From: Callorhinchus milii | Lineage: Eukaryota | Direction: 5' to 3' | DNA length: 64,000 nt | Assembly: GCF_018977255.1 (NCBI RefSeq) | Contig: NW_024704742.1 | Span: forward strand, 68,698,001 to 68,762,000 | Shown: piece after piece, positions 49,626-62,600 of the stretch | Layout: each line of letters starts with the position of its first letter | How positions within the stretch are numbered: the first letter of the stretch is position 1 | The notes under the pieces: generated by a model | Told to the model about the DNA's origin: nothing | The model's input: the letters and a program-made list of their open reading frames with translations, nothing else | The model's database searches: none | Made by a program: the position numbers and the translations under genes

Positions 49626-50855
49626 CAACAACAACAACAACAACAACAAGATTCCATTTATAAAGCGCCTTTCACGTCAGGAGGACAACAACAACAACAA
49701 CAACAAGATTCCATTTATAGAGCGCCTTTCACGTCAGGAGGACGTCCCAAGGCGCTGCACAGTTGGGTCATGACCCGAGCAGGGGGGAAATGGTCAGGGT
49801 GAGGGGAGGGAAGGGAGGGAGAGAGGAGGGGGGAAATGGTCAGGGTGAGGGGAGGGAAGGGAGGGAGCGAGGAGGAGGAAGAGAGTCGAGAGGGGAGCTG
49901 AAGGCACGGTCAAAGAGAAAGGTTTTGAGACCGGCCTTGAAGGAGGAAAGGGAGGAAGCAAGGCGAAGGCACTGGGGGATGGAGTTCCAGAGCCTGGGGG
50001 CTGAGAGGCTGAAGGCCCGACCACCGATGGTAGGGCGGTTGGGGCGGGGGACGTGGAGCAGACCGGAGCCAGAGGAACGGAGGGTACGGGCAGGTAGGTA
50101 GGGGGATAGTAGGTCGGAGAGGTAGGAGGGAGCAAGGCCGTGAATGGCCTTGTAGGTGAGGATGAGGATCTTGAATTCGATCCTCTGGGGGATGGGGAGC
50201 CAGTGGAGGCGAGCGAGGGTGGGAGTGATGTGGTCCCGAAGCCTGGTGCGGGACAGTACACGAGCTGCAGAGTTCTGAATGACCTGCAGTGTGGAGGGAG
50301 GTGGCGGGAAGGCCGGCGAGGAGAGAGTTCCCATAGTCCAGCCTTGAGGTGACAAAGGCGTGGACCAGAGTTTCAGCAGCGTGAGGGGTGAGGTAATGCC
50401 GTAGTCTGGCGATGTTCCGGAGGTGGTGGAAGGCGGTGCCAGTTGTGGTGCGGATGTGAGGGAGAAAGGACAGCTCAGGGTCGAACAAAACGCCGAGGTT
50501 CCTGACTGGCTTTGAGAGGTGGAGAGTGCAGCCTTGGATGCTGATGGTGTCAGCGCCTGAGGTGCGGAAGCGCTGACGTGAGCCAATCAGGAGGGCCTCG
50601 GTTTTTCGCACGTTGAGCTGAAGAAAGTTGTCTCTCGTCCAGGACTCAATGTCGGACAGGCAGTCTGTCAGGACATCGGTGGTCGTGGAGTTGAGAGTAG
50701 AGGAGGAAAGGTAGAGTTGGGTGTCATCCGCATACATGTGGAAGTTAACTCCATGTCTGCGGATGATGTCACCGAGGGGGAGCATATAGAGGGTGAAGAG
50801 GAGGGGACCGAGGACAGAGCCCTGAGGGACACCACATGAGACAGTACAGGGGGGT
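49626..50855 (-). mobile_element. Young 5'-truncated L2 LINE with a duplicated 3' tail
   Basis: ORF 49910-50902 contains [54 protein letters not shown]; high similarity to 8564-9610. Confidence 0.94.
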
Positions 50856-51322
50856 GGAGTGCTACAATGGAGTAGCAATGCAATGCTACTCTCGAGGACC
50901 ACGAGGCACGTAGACAGATAAAGTGGATGAGATTATGGAAAGAGGCTTATAGAGAGCTGGCTGGTTACTAGCCAAGTGACGCGTCAAAGCACAAGACTGA
51001 GTGTGGACTTAATTGCTTAGAGGTGCACAGCTCTGATCAAATATGTATGTGGCTTTAGGAAAAATATTCTCCTCTGGAGCTCTGAAAGTTCACCTAGTCT
51101 TAGCTAATTTGTTTAGTCTCAGTCTATAAGGCTATTTTGTCTAAAAATGTCTCTCCCTCTAGCCCCTCCGCCTTGCCCCCTCCTTCCACATCTTCAGGTC
51201 ACACCTGAAGACCCTCCGCTTCGACCATGCTTACGGTCACCACACCCCGCTCAGCATCGTGCTCGATCACTGTCAAGTGCTCTGCGTGAAGGTGACATAT
51301 AAATGCAAGTTGTTGTTAAAAT

Positions 51323-51550
51323 TTAGGGTTCTGCAGAAGGGTAGAAAATTCTTAAATTCACCCCGAATTTGGAAGCTGGTTTCTTCTGCAATTCTTATAA
51401 AGAAAAATTGGGAAATGTATTTTAGAGTTTTTCTCTATTCTGTGCCGTTTAAAATTGTAATACAAAGTGATTGGGTCTCATACAACTGGTTGACCAAAAA
51501 AAGACACAGTGATCTTACTGGTTAAGACTTAGTGAAATTTCAGGCTTCTG
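51323..51550. repeat. AT-rich dispersed repeat, possibly a non-autonomous DNA transposon remnant (related pieces at 1-85, 10975-11075, 46555-46975, 49285-49370)
   Basis: Recurring CACAATTCTGC(A/G)CGAT, AAATTCTTAAATT and G(G/A)AATTTCAGGC motifs; termini not established. Confidence 0.45.
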
Positions 51551-52090
51551 GAGAGGTTGATAATAATAATAATCATAATAATCATAATAATCATAATGAT
51601 CTCTGCATCTGAACCAGCACTTTCACTTGGGATGCAGGTCTCAAAGCTCTTGATCAAAGCACTTCACAGGATTTAATATAAAGTGGAGTGACTATGTGTT
51701 GATGAATGAATAAATTGGCAGCCAATTTGCACAGAGCAATGTCCCACAAACAGTCATGAATGATCAATTTTATTTGGGGGATTGCCAGCCAGGACACTGG
51801 GAGATGGAAACTCCCTTCTCTTTTCGCATAATGCCATGGTATCATTAACTATCCATCTGAATGGGCAGATGGGACCTCAGTTTAACATTTGGGCGGTCCC
51901 AGGTCGGAGTTGGACCGGTGGGAGGTGATGGTTGGCTCGGGAAGGCCGCAAGATTTCCGGGCCGCGGTCTAGCCGGAAGAGGTGAAGCTTGGGGCTCGAG
52001 TTGGGGCCCCATGTGGGGTTGGGGGGTTAGCCCCTCCCTCTCTATTGTTTAGCTCCTCACCCTCCTTATGTATATAATTGTATATAATAA

Positions 52091-52230
52091 TCTATACGAA
52101 TAAAGGTGCAATGTCTGTCTGTGTGTCTGTCCGCCAATAACACAATAACTGATTGACATAGACATAATTTATACCTCACCGGAAAGGTCTTTCATGGGAG
52201 AGTGTCATGGGCATACTTCTTTTGAGGGGT
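52091..52230 (+). mobile_element. Possible non-autonomous Helitron 5' end
   Basis: A|TCTATACGAATAAA start followed by GTCTGTCTGTGTGTCTGTC microsatellite, a layout typical of animal non-autonomous Helitrons; no 3' hairpin-CTAG end found. Confidence 0.45.
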
Positions 52231-54773
52231 AGCTCCTATCATTGATGAGCTGTGACCTAAACAAGCTCATCACACATGTATGGCAGTTTGGGTTAAGGTG
52301 TGTACACAGGGTTTATGGCATGTTAAATGCTTTGTGAGTTGTATCACTGAAATCTACATTCCCTATTGGATCCTTTGCTTGCAAGCACAGCTGTAACGGT
52401 TATAGCTTATGCATTATAAAATGCCGCAAACTTCGCCCCATTATTTCTTGAGTTGTTACTTCTTTAAAGGAGCATCTTAGAAATCTATTTCGAACTTCGG
52501 GAGTGCGGTACCAAGGCTGGCCAGCCGGAGAGAGGCCAACAACATTGTGTATGTGTAAAGGGCCCATTGCCATGGTAACAAGAAACAACAACAAGATTGC
52601 CTCAACTGTCAAAAACGTCACTGGCCACCACTGAAAATGAATATTATAATGCAATTTGCATTCATATGGCGTCTTTCATGTCGGGAAGATGTCTCAAAGT
52701 CCTTAACAATGCTTGGTGGGCGCCCGAGCTGGGGGTGGGAGCTGCCAGAGGTGGAGGGCAAGGGGGGGGGGTTGGAGGAGGGAAGATGACCGAAGGCACA
52801 GTCCAAATGGAAGGCCTTGAGACAGGCCTTGAAGGAGGCAAGAGAGAGGCTGAGGTGGAGGGGCTCTCGGATGGAGTTCCAGAGGGTGCCGACGGCCGAT
52901 AGTGGAGCAGCCAGGGTGGGGGATGTGGAGCAGGCCAGTGCCTGTACAGTGGAGGGAGCGGACAGGTTGGTGAAGTTTTAATAGGACACAGGATCTTACG
53001 GCTTTCAGGACTCTTTTAGGTAAACAGGGAGGGAGAGTGTGTGTATTCCACTCCAGACATGAGGAATTCTCCATGTATGGAGGTAGCATACATATGGAAC
53101 TCAATCTGGTTTGAATACTCGTAAGAATTGTGATGGGTTGCTGTGTGTATCAGACATCCCGCTGACAAAAAAAGGAAAAGTCCCGGAGTTCCAAAATGCA
53201 GCATTGTATCCACATTGGAAAGGAAATCCAGAACAATACTCGCAGATACATCCGATAGAATTGGTCATTCATTTAATGCTGTTTGTGGGCAAATGGGTTG
53301 CCGCATTCTCCTATAAATACAGTCACTACACTTCGCCATAAAATCCTTCAAAGCACTTTAATAATATTAATCCTTGCTTTGATATTGCGCGGTATCACAT
53401 CATCAAGACAACTCAAAAGCGCTTCCCAGATATATTGTAAAGTGAATTGACTGTATTTTGTGGACGCAGATGGCAGACAGTTGCACACAGCAGTGTCCCA
53501 CAGACAGCCATGGAGTGAGTGACCAATTTTATTTTGGGGATTTATTAGCCAGGACACAAGGAGAAACTCCCTTCTCTTTTTGAATAGTGCCATGGGGTCT
53601 TTAACAACCACCTGCAGGTAGACGGGACCTTGGTGTAACATCTCATCCGAAAGACTTCAACTCGACATGCAATACATCCCCAGCACTGCATTGCAGTGTC
53701 AGCTTAGACTATGTGAGTTCAAGTCCCAGCGTGGGATTTGAACCCCCATACTTCTGACTCAGAGACGAGACTGCTATACCAAGTACAAGGCTTATTATAA
53801 TATGAAAGCGGTAAAATTCATTTGCCCTTTTGATGAAACACAGTGTTCAAGTGCGGCCTTTTTGCTGGGATACCTTTGATTCTATAATTCCCACATTGGA
53901 CCAGCTGTGTATGAGGATCAATGGATGACGCTTAAAGACTGGTTAACATCAATAGAAAAAAGAAAGTTAGGCTTGGTTACAAAGCCACCAATTTGCTATT
54001 GCACAGTTGGAGCATGATACAGTTGGCACAACATGAGTGGAAACAGCATATACATTAGATGGCAGGAAGGTGATAATTTTCAGTGCTTACTGATTTTCAC
54101 TCTCCGAATCGTGAGCTGTCTGTGCAGCCACCCAACATCTGAATATGTTAAACAGCAGAGCAAGAAAAGTTAAGCAATGAAATTGCAAACTCGTTCATCG
54201 ATCCCATCTTGGTGGAGTCCTGTACTGTGTTGATTAGAGCACTCGCCTCGCAAGTGAGAGGACCTGGGTTTGATTTTAAACCGAGGTCCAGTCTGCCTCT
54301 TCAGGGGGATGTTAGTGCCTGTGGCACTATAATAATAATAATAATCATTGCATTTGATGTAGCGCCTTATCACGCCTTCTAGACGACTCAAAGCGCTTCA
54401 CAGAATATACTGTAAAGTGAATTGACTATGTTTTGTGAGCGAAACGTGGCAGCCAATTGCTCGCAGCAGTGTCCAACAAACAGTCATGGATTAAGAGACC
54501 ACATTGTTTTTTGAAGGAATTATTACCCCCAGAAAGTGATCCGCCATTCGACTAACAACCAGCTTCCTATTTACTGCTCGGGAATGGAACCCTGGTCTAT
54601 CGCTTGTGAGGCAAGTGTTTTAACGACTAACCTATGGCGAAAAGAAAAGGGAGTTTGATGTGATAAGGCATTACAGCAAATGTAAGGATTATTATTTTGT
54701 GATATTATGAGAACACAACATTTTTTAACAAGGAGATTTATGTGCTTTTATGTGTCATTCTTATATTTTGTAG

Positions 54774-54879
54774 GGGCAAGGGACCACTAAAAAATACATC
54801 CGATGTGATCAATGCAGCCAAGAAGATTGCTGAGGCTGGGTCCAGGATGGATAAGCTGGCTCGAGCTGTTGCTGACCAG
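54774..54879 (+). CDS. CTNNA2: CTNNA2 internal exon, 106 bp, actin-binding domain: (R)GKGPLKNTSDVINAAKKIAEAGSRMDKLARAVADQ
   Basis: Translated by hand (correct frame is absent from the ORF track); acceptor TTTTGTAG at 54766-54773; first G completes the AG|G Arg codon from the previous exon; donor GTGCTG at 54880. Confidence 0.96.
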
Positions 54880-55492
54880 GTGCTGTATTAATGGAGTTAT
54901 TGAAATGCTTTTCACAGGGTATTCAGTGATGATTAATCCAAGTGGCTTAAAGAAACAGGTAATGAGAGAGTTTATGAGTGGAGCATGCGATAAGATGCTT
55001 CCCCCTTGGTTTATAAAGATTTATAAAGAATATGCAGCACGGAAACAGGCAACTCGACCCATTTGGTCCATGCAGGTGTTTATACTCCACCCATCTCTCC
55101 GCCAACTGCTTACCCCCTACTATATCCTTTTCCCTTCTCCCTCATATATGTATCTACCTTCCTCTTAAATGTATCTCATTACCCTCTGTGTGAAGTAGTT
55201 CCTCCTATATTCTCTTTTAGATCCCCTAGTCGCTATCGTATTGCCAACAAGTGGGAACCGCCTATTTATTAATAACCTTAGCGAATTTTGAATAGCTCTA
55301 AGAGATTTAAACGTCTCTCTTAAACGTCAACAATCTTCCAGATAAAGTTGCATATGCACCTTATGGCTGTTTGTGGGACACTGCTGTGTGCAGATTGGCT
55401 GCAGCGTTTGCTACAAATCCTCAGTCACTACGGTTCACTGTAAAATCTTGTGAAGCACTTTGAGATGTCTCAAGACATGATAATGGAGTCTC

Positions 55493-55813
55493 GTGGAGTC
55501 CTGTAGCTCAGTGGTTAGAGCACTCGCTTTGCAAGCGAGAGACCTGAGTTCAATTCCAAGCAGAGGGTGAAACCTTGGGCAAGTTTCCTTACTCCACACG
55601 CCTAATAATAATCCCTCCAAAACCAAAAACAATAATAAATTGGTCATTTTCAATCTACGACTGTTTGTGGGACATTGCTTTGCGCAATTGGCTGCCGCGT
55701 TCGCCCACAAATATACAGTCAATTCACTTTACAGTGTGTTCTGTGAAGCGCTTTGGGACGTCCTCCCGACGTGAAAAGCGCTATATCAAATGCAAGGATT
55801 ATTATTATTATTA
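55493..55813 (+). mobile_element. Young short-form tRNA(Ala)-like SINE nested in the tail of an older SINE
   Basis: A box TAGCTCAGTGG, anticodon arm CTCGC-TTTGCAA-GCGAG, B box GTTCAATTCC, (TTA)n tail; TAATG on both sides. Confidence 0.93.
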
Positions 55814-56749
55814 ATGTGCTATATCAAACGCAAAGTTTATTATTATTATTTCAAAGCACAAGGATTAACATGAAAGATTCTTGGGAAGTAAAGTTTATAA
55901 AGACTTGGGAGCAAAGACATTAAAGGGAGTAAAGAAAAGACAAAGGGGATGAAAAGAGCTGCCATGTACTAATAAACTGGTGAAGGAGGCTCGACAGGCT
56001 GAATGACTTCCTGTTTCTGTTATAAACGAAGATCTTTGTACTCGTACTCTTGTTTAATCCACTCTTGTTATGTGCACAAGGCATTTAATACTGTTGGTCA
56101 GAGGCAGCCTGGAAGCGGATCTGTTCTATCGATTCTCCTGTTCAGTAATGTCACTGCTTTAATGTAGCCTCTATCCCACATGTCATTGGAGATAGGACTC
56201 TGCATAAAATACATGCTCCCAATTTGTCACTGAGTAAACCACAGGACCCAGAGTAGATAAGACTGAGAGACACTGTGGAGGTTTATAACATTGTGGATTA
56301 GGCGGCAATTCGGAGGACTAAGTGTTCCCTTCAGTGAACAATTGTTTAGGTCATTCAATGTGTCTAGAGATCAAAAGAGAGATGTTCAGAGAAATATTTT
56401 TACACAGAGGATTATTAGGACATTGACAAATGCCTTATGAAAAACTGGTTGGAACATAATCCATAAATAGCTGTTGAAAGGAAGACAATGAAAAAATATA
56501 TAAGAGTATGGGAAAGGGCAGGGAGTGGCACTAAACTGATCGGTCAGACAGAGATTTTTTTTCAGTCAGTTGGGTGGCTCACACAGGCAGAAACCCATCC
56601 CTATGTTTAAAAGTATCCAACCCAGAATGAGAATTCCAAATATGTACGTTACTGACAAATTTTGCTGTGTCTAGAATGAAATGCAGACTCTTCCTGGAGG
56701 GGCGCACCCTGCTTACCTAATTCCAGAGAGCATTAGGCATGTGTAATGC

Positions 56750-57153
56750 TTTACAAGCAGCCATCATCCCCCCCATCCTTAAAACACCCTCCCTGGACCC
56801 ATTCCTGCTCTTAAATTACCGCCCCATCTCTAACCTCCCTTTCCTCTCCAAGGTCCTGGAATGAGTTGTTGCTTCCTCTCCCGCCACTCTCTTCACGAAC
56901 CCCTCCAACTGGGTTTCTGTGCCACCAACAGCACAAAAACAGCTTTGGTCAAGTGACAAATGATATTTTATCCATCTGTGACCAGGGCTCCCTCTGCCTC
57001 CCCGTCTTCTTTGACCTCTCTGCTGCCTTCAATACCGTTGACCACTCTATCCTCCTCCACTACCTCTCCTCTCACCTTAACCTCCATGGTTCTGTCCTTG
57101 ACTGTATCAGTTTCTACCTCTCACGCCATCTCCACTTCATTTCCACAAATAGC
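56750..57153 (+). mobile_element. L2 RT fragment, left half; right half resumes at about 59688-59935
   Basis: [27 protein letters not shown]; continuation [16 protein letters not shown]...[10 protein letters not shown] lies after the nested element. Confidence 0.85.
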
Positions 57154-57154
57154 T

Positions 57155-59687
57155 AACAACAACAAAAACTTGGAGTTATATAGCGCCCTCTACGCCGGAC
57201 GGTGTCTCAGAGCGCTTTACAGTTTAGGATCCCGGGGCCGAGCCAGGGGGAGGGGGAGGAGGGGAGGGGAAGATGACCAAAGGCGCGGTCAAAAAGAAAG
57301 ATCTTCAGCAGAGACCTGAAAATGGGAAGGGAGGGAGCGAGACGAAGGGAGTGAGGAAGGCAGTTCCAGAGCCTCGGGGCATAGTGGCTGAAGGGCATGG
57401 CCGCCGAGGATGGAGCGGAGGACTCGGGGGACGAGGAGGAGGCCAGACCCGGAGGAACGAAGGCAACGGGTACTGTTTTGAGGAGAGAGGAGGTCAGAGA
57501 GGTAGTGGGTGCAGAGGAGTGCAGGGACTTGAATACGAGGGTGAGGATCTTAAAGTGGATCCTCTCTGGAACATGCAGCCAGTGCAGTCTGGCAAGGACT
57601 GGGGTGATCGGGGAGCGGAGTTTGGTGCGAGTGAGAATGCGGGCGGCAGAGTTCTGAGTGAGTTGGATTTTATGGATGGTAGTGGATGGGAGACCGGCGA
57701 GAAGGGCGTTGGTGTAGTCCAGCCGAGAGGTGACAAAGGCATGGACCAGAGTTTCAGCAGCTTTTGGCGGGAGGTATTGGCGGAGACAGGCGTTGCGACG
57801 GAGGTGGAAAAAGGCGGTGCTGGTAAGGGACCGGATGAGGAAGGATGATTGGAGGTCGAACCTGATGCCTAGGTTGCGTATGGGTTCGGAGAGTTTTAGG
57901 GGGAGGTCGGGTAGGTGGAGGAGGTGAGAACCATGAGATTTTAGACGTTGACAAGAGCCGAAGAGTATGGCTTCCGTCTTTTCAACGTTCAACTGAAGGA
58001 AGTTTGCGCTCATCCAGCCCCTGAGGTCTGACAGGCAGACTGACAGAACATCAGGGGACTTGGGGGTCGCAAAGAGAGGTGGAAAAGTAGAGTTGGGTGT
58101 CATCTGCATACATGTGGAAATGTACCCCATGTCTGCAGATGACATCCCCAAGAGGAAGCATGTAGATCAGAAAGAGGAAGGGTCCAAGGATGGATCCTTG
58201 GGGTACCCCACAGATGACCGGATAAGAGCGGGAGGAGAAGCCGTTTATGCAGATGTACTGCTGGCGGTTTGTGAGGTAGGTCTCGAACCAGGCGAGTGCG
58301 GTCCCACTGAGGTGGATGACGGAGGAAAGGCGGTGGAGGAGGATGGCGTGATCAACTGTGTCGAACACGACGGAGAGATTCAGGAGGACAAGGAGGCAGA
58401 GAGATCCCTGGTCACAGATAGAGAGGATGTCTTTTGTGACTTTCACAAGCGCAGTCTCTGTACTGTGGGCAGAGCAGAAACCAGACTGGAGGGGTTCGAA
58501 GAGGGAGTGGGAGGAGAGGTGTGCACGGAGTTGGTTGGCCACAACCCGTTCTAGAGCTTTTGAGAGAAAGGACAGGTTAGAAATAGGGTGGTAATGGCTG
58601 GGGTTTGAGGGATCTAGGGAAGTTTTTTTCAGGAGGGGCGTGATGACAGCAGTTTTGAGGGAAGCAGGGACTGATCCGGAGGAGAGGGACAGATTGATGA
58701 TGTCAGCCAGTAGTGGGCAGAGGAGGGGGAGCTGGGTGACCAGTAAGTTGGTGGGGAGTGGGTCGAGGCAGCAGGAGGTGGGTTTCATGGAGGTGAAGGT
58801 GGGTGAGAGGGAGGAGGGAGAGATGGGGAGGAAAGAGTGTAGAAAGGGGGTGGTGGTAGGAGCAGATGATGAGGGTGACAGAGAGGGTGTGGTGGAGGGT
58901 GACAAGGGGCAGGAGGATGAGGCTGCCTGGCGGATGTTGAGTATTCTAGCAGAAAAGAAATCCATGACCTCCTCGCACTTGGCATTTCATACAAAGATTG
59001 AGGAGGCCTGAGGGGGGGCACGGAAGAGGTAGTGGGTGGTGGAAAAAAGGATTTGGGGATTGTTTTTGGCCTCCAAGATGATGTTGGAGTAGAAGGCTGT
59101 TTTTGCGCGTCAAAGAATGACGGTAGCTGTGGAGGTGCTCAAGCCACAGTTGGCGGTGAACTGTCAGGCCAGTTTTCCTCCATGTGCGCTCGAGCAGACG
59201 GGTTTGGGATTTTTGGCGGCGGAGATGGTTGTTGTACCAGGGGGCTTGGGTAGGTTTGGAGATGGTCCTAGATTTTAGGGGGATGAGGGAGTTGAAAGTG
59301 GAGGAGAGACGATCATGGAGCAGCTGGACGGCTGCTTCAGGATCTCCACGGGTGGAAGGCCAGACGGATAGGATATCTTATGATGAGAGGGCCTTTGTGA
59401 GGGTCTCAAGGGGTAGCCTTTTTCAAAGGCGATGGTTGAGGGCTTGGTGGAGGAGAGAGGGATGTGAGAGGAGAAGGAGATGAAAAAGTTGTCCGAGATG
59501 GCCTTGTCCACTATGCTGAGGTTGGAAATGTCAAGGCTGTGGGTGATGATGAGGTCAAGTGCATGACCACGGTTGTGGGTGGGTGAGTTTATATGTAGGG
59601 TAAGATTAAGGGAGGAGAGGAGCGCAGTGAAAATCAGCAGAAGTGGTGCAGGGGGAGTTTAGGTGGAGGTTGAAATCGCCCATTATG
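57155..59687 (-). mobile_element. L2 LINE (~2.5 kb; APE remnant, RT, 3' tail), frameshifted, nested antisense in another L2
   Basis: ORFs 58051-58965 and 57207-58151 give overlapping RT pieces; IMGDFNLH and THNRGHALDL endonuclease motifs on the minus strand near 59550-59687. Confidence 0.93.
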
Positions 59688-62600
59688 AGTTCCTCCTCTA
59701 GCTCCTGCACATTCTTGTGCAGCGTTCCTCAGGGCTCTGTTCTTGGTCCCCTCCTTTTTAGTATCTATATGCTCCCTCTTGGTGACATCAGCCACAGACA
59801 TGGGGTCAACTTTCACATGTATGCGGATGACACTCAACTGTACCTCTCTGCCTCCACCCCCGACTGTTGGACCACTGCTGTCCTGAAGGAATGTCTGTCA
59901 GACATCAAGTTTTGGATGAGAGCTAACTTTCTATGATTTTATTTGACGATCTGGAATGCACCGCCTGAAATGGTGCTGGAAGCAGATTCGACAGTAGATT
60001 TCAAAATCGAATTCGATAGTTACTTGCAAAGGAAAAAATTGCAGGGTTATGGGGTATGAGCGGGGGAGTGGGACTAGTTGAAAAAACCAGCACAAGCACA
60101 ATTGGTCTCCTTCTGTGCTGTAAGATTTTATGATTCTATGATTTCAAGGTATCATATGTTCTCACAATTCTGATACAAGATAATTAATTCCAAACTTTCC
60201 TAGGAATCTACTTGAGTTAATTTTTTACATTGCATTTTAAACAACAACAAATTGAATAGTACCTTTCACGTCAAGAGGATGTCCTAAGGTGCTGGGAAAG
60301 ATATAATAAATAGAATATATTTTAATCAGAGGTGAGATACGATTTGGACCACAGATTGCTGGAAACAGACCATACCATCCATTAAAAGTCTGCGCTGGTG
60401 TTTTTCTCCTTGTGAGCCACCAAGTTCCTCCAACTTGTACCGTCATTCAGATGAGACATTAAACCGATGTCCTGTGTGCCTGTCCATGTGCACATTAAAG
60501 ATGTTGTGGCTCTACTTGAAAAGAGAAGGGAGTTTCTCCTGGCAAACAGTTATCTAAATAAATTGACTGTTTGTGGGATATTGCTATGCACCACATCCAT
60601 CTACACATTAGATAGTCACTATACCTTACAATTTGTGAAGCGCTTTAAGCCATCCTCATCATGTGAAAGACACCATATCAAATGCAAGGAATATTATTAT
60701 TATTTATTATTATCATCACAAGGCTGCATTTCCCCACTAATATTCCAGTGAGGCCTTTTGTATGTGTTATTCTGCATAATGTTAAACATTTTCAAACACA
60801 GTACAGCACGGCAACAAGCCACTCGACCCAACCAGTCTGTGCCAGTGGTTTTACTCAACATGGGCCTCCACCCATTCCTTACTCCCTCCCATGCCCGTCT
60901 ATTCCCCTGTAATCCAGTGTCTTGTATATGCAAACCCAATATTTGATTAGCCTTATTAACAACAGCCTGGAATTCTCAAGATGCTTTTAGTGGATGATTG
61001 ATAGTCCCATCAAGCTGTTTTCTTTTTCCACCTGTGTAAATGGCCAACCATCCATTGCATGCACATGATTGATATTTGCTGCCAGTGTGAATTATCCTGC
61101 ATTTTCCCATATTAAATGCATCTGTTATTCCATGGGCTGCCCACTCAATTTGTCAAATTCTCTCTAAATAATCTAATTTCCTCCACACCAGTCACCTGGT
61201 CGCACAGATTGATATAAAATCTGATGATGTTCAGTGAACAAAGTCCTTACGACATTGATAAAAAGTCTCACAGCGCTTCACAGGATTTACTGTGCGTAAA
61301 TTGGCCCCACGTTTGCCTACAAAATAACCAGTCAAACACTTTACAGGAAATCGTGAGAAGTTCTTTCAGACATCCTCCCAAACATGAAAGGCACTGTATC
61401 AAATGCAAGGATTATTATTAATATTTAGTTAGATATTAGACTCCAACAGCTACTCCAACGCACACTCTGGGGTCCCCAATCTTTAGCCCTTGCCAACCTG
61501 TGCCTAATACTTTCCAGAATCAGGTAATCAGGCTGTGGCACTCCAGGAAGAGAGAGCACATTCCATTACAACAATCTATCTTTGGGATTTTCCATTTGTA
61601 GGTGGGCTGCATGGAATTCTCAGTTTGGTTTGGATATCCTTAAGCATGGGGATGGGTTTCCACGTGTCTCAGATACCCAGCTGACCAAAATAAAGCCTAA
61701 CTTCGAGAAACAAGAGTACGTTCTGTTTAGACCCATGTCCCCACCAGCCATTTACGATGTCATTTTCTCAAAAAAAGTGCTTGCCACCAAGTTTAATGTA
61801 TTTATTGACCAACAATAAGTAATACATGCATATCGGCTACTGATGAGCAGAAAATAACCTCCTTAGAGTTTTGAGCTTCATTCTACACAAATATACTTTG
61901 GCTGACACTCCACTGCAGTCCTGGAGGAATGTTGCAATGTTGGTGGTGCTGTCCTTTAGAAAAATAGAAACAGGAGTAGGCCATTCGGCCCCTCGAGCCT
62001 GTTCCACTATTCTATTAGATCATGGCTGATCTGTTCCTCAAATCAATTACCTTCTGTTGTCCCGTATCCCTTAATACATTGACCTAACAAATGTCTATCC
62101 ACTTCATTATTGAAGATATGAATTGAGCCAGCATCCATTCACGAGACGGATGAGATGTTAAACCGAGTCGCCTGTTGGGTGTGGATGGTAAAGATCATGT
62201 TGCACAATTTGAAAAGGGAAGAGAGTTTCTCTTTGTGTCCTGGCCAACAACCACTCCCCTAACCCCCACATAAAATTGGTCTTTAACTCCATGATTCTTT
62301 GTAGGATACCACTGTATGCAAATTGGTTGACGTGTTGGCCCACAAAAAACACAATCACACCATTTTACAGTATATTCCGTGAGTCATCTCAATGCAGTGA
62401 TAAGGTGCTATATCAAACACAATGATTGTTATTACTACTTTATTCTTCACAGATTACGATGTGTGGTTTGGGAACTAAAAGCTTGGAAGATTCTCCCTTA
62501 AAAATGCATTAACAGTTGAGAGTTAGAGCTAGCCAGGCTGCAGTGATTCCACCCAGTCACATTATTAATCCCAAAGACACAATAACTGGAACAGAGTGCA

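Noticed and set aside
49840..50902. Long ORFs (330 and 248 aa; also 314 and 304 aa at 57207-58965) as novel reverse-transcriptase genes
   Set aside because: Frameshifted, 5'-truncated L2 ORF2 fragments with typical tails; no sign of domestication.
1655..54773. Nested antisense LRRTM gene, known from alpha-catenin introns
   Set aside because: No long leucine-rich-repeat ORF on either strand; the host intron for LRRTM genes lies further 5' than these exons.
54812..55168. 118-aa ORF overlapping the fourth exon
   Set aside because: Wrong frame of the CTNNA2 exon running into intron and CR1 sequence.
55493..55570. tRNA-Ala(TGC)-like cloverleaf (also 6581, 29630-29708, 33530-33607)
   Set aside because: Always fused to a SINE body and L2-type tail, with imperfect acceptor and T stems and variable anticodons between copies; these are SINE heads, not tRNA genes.
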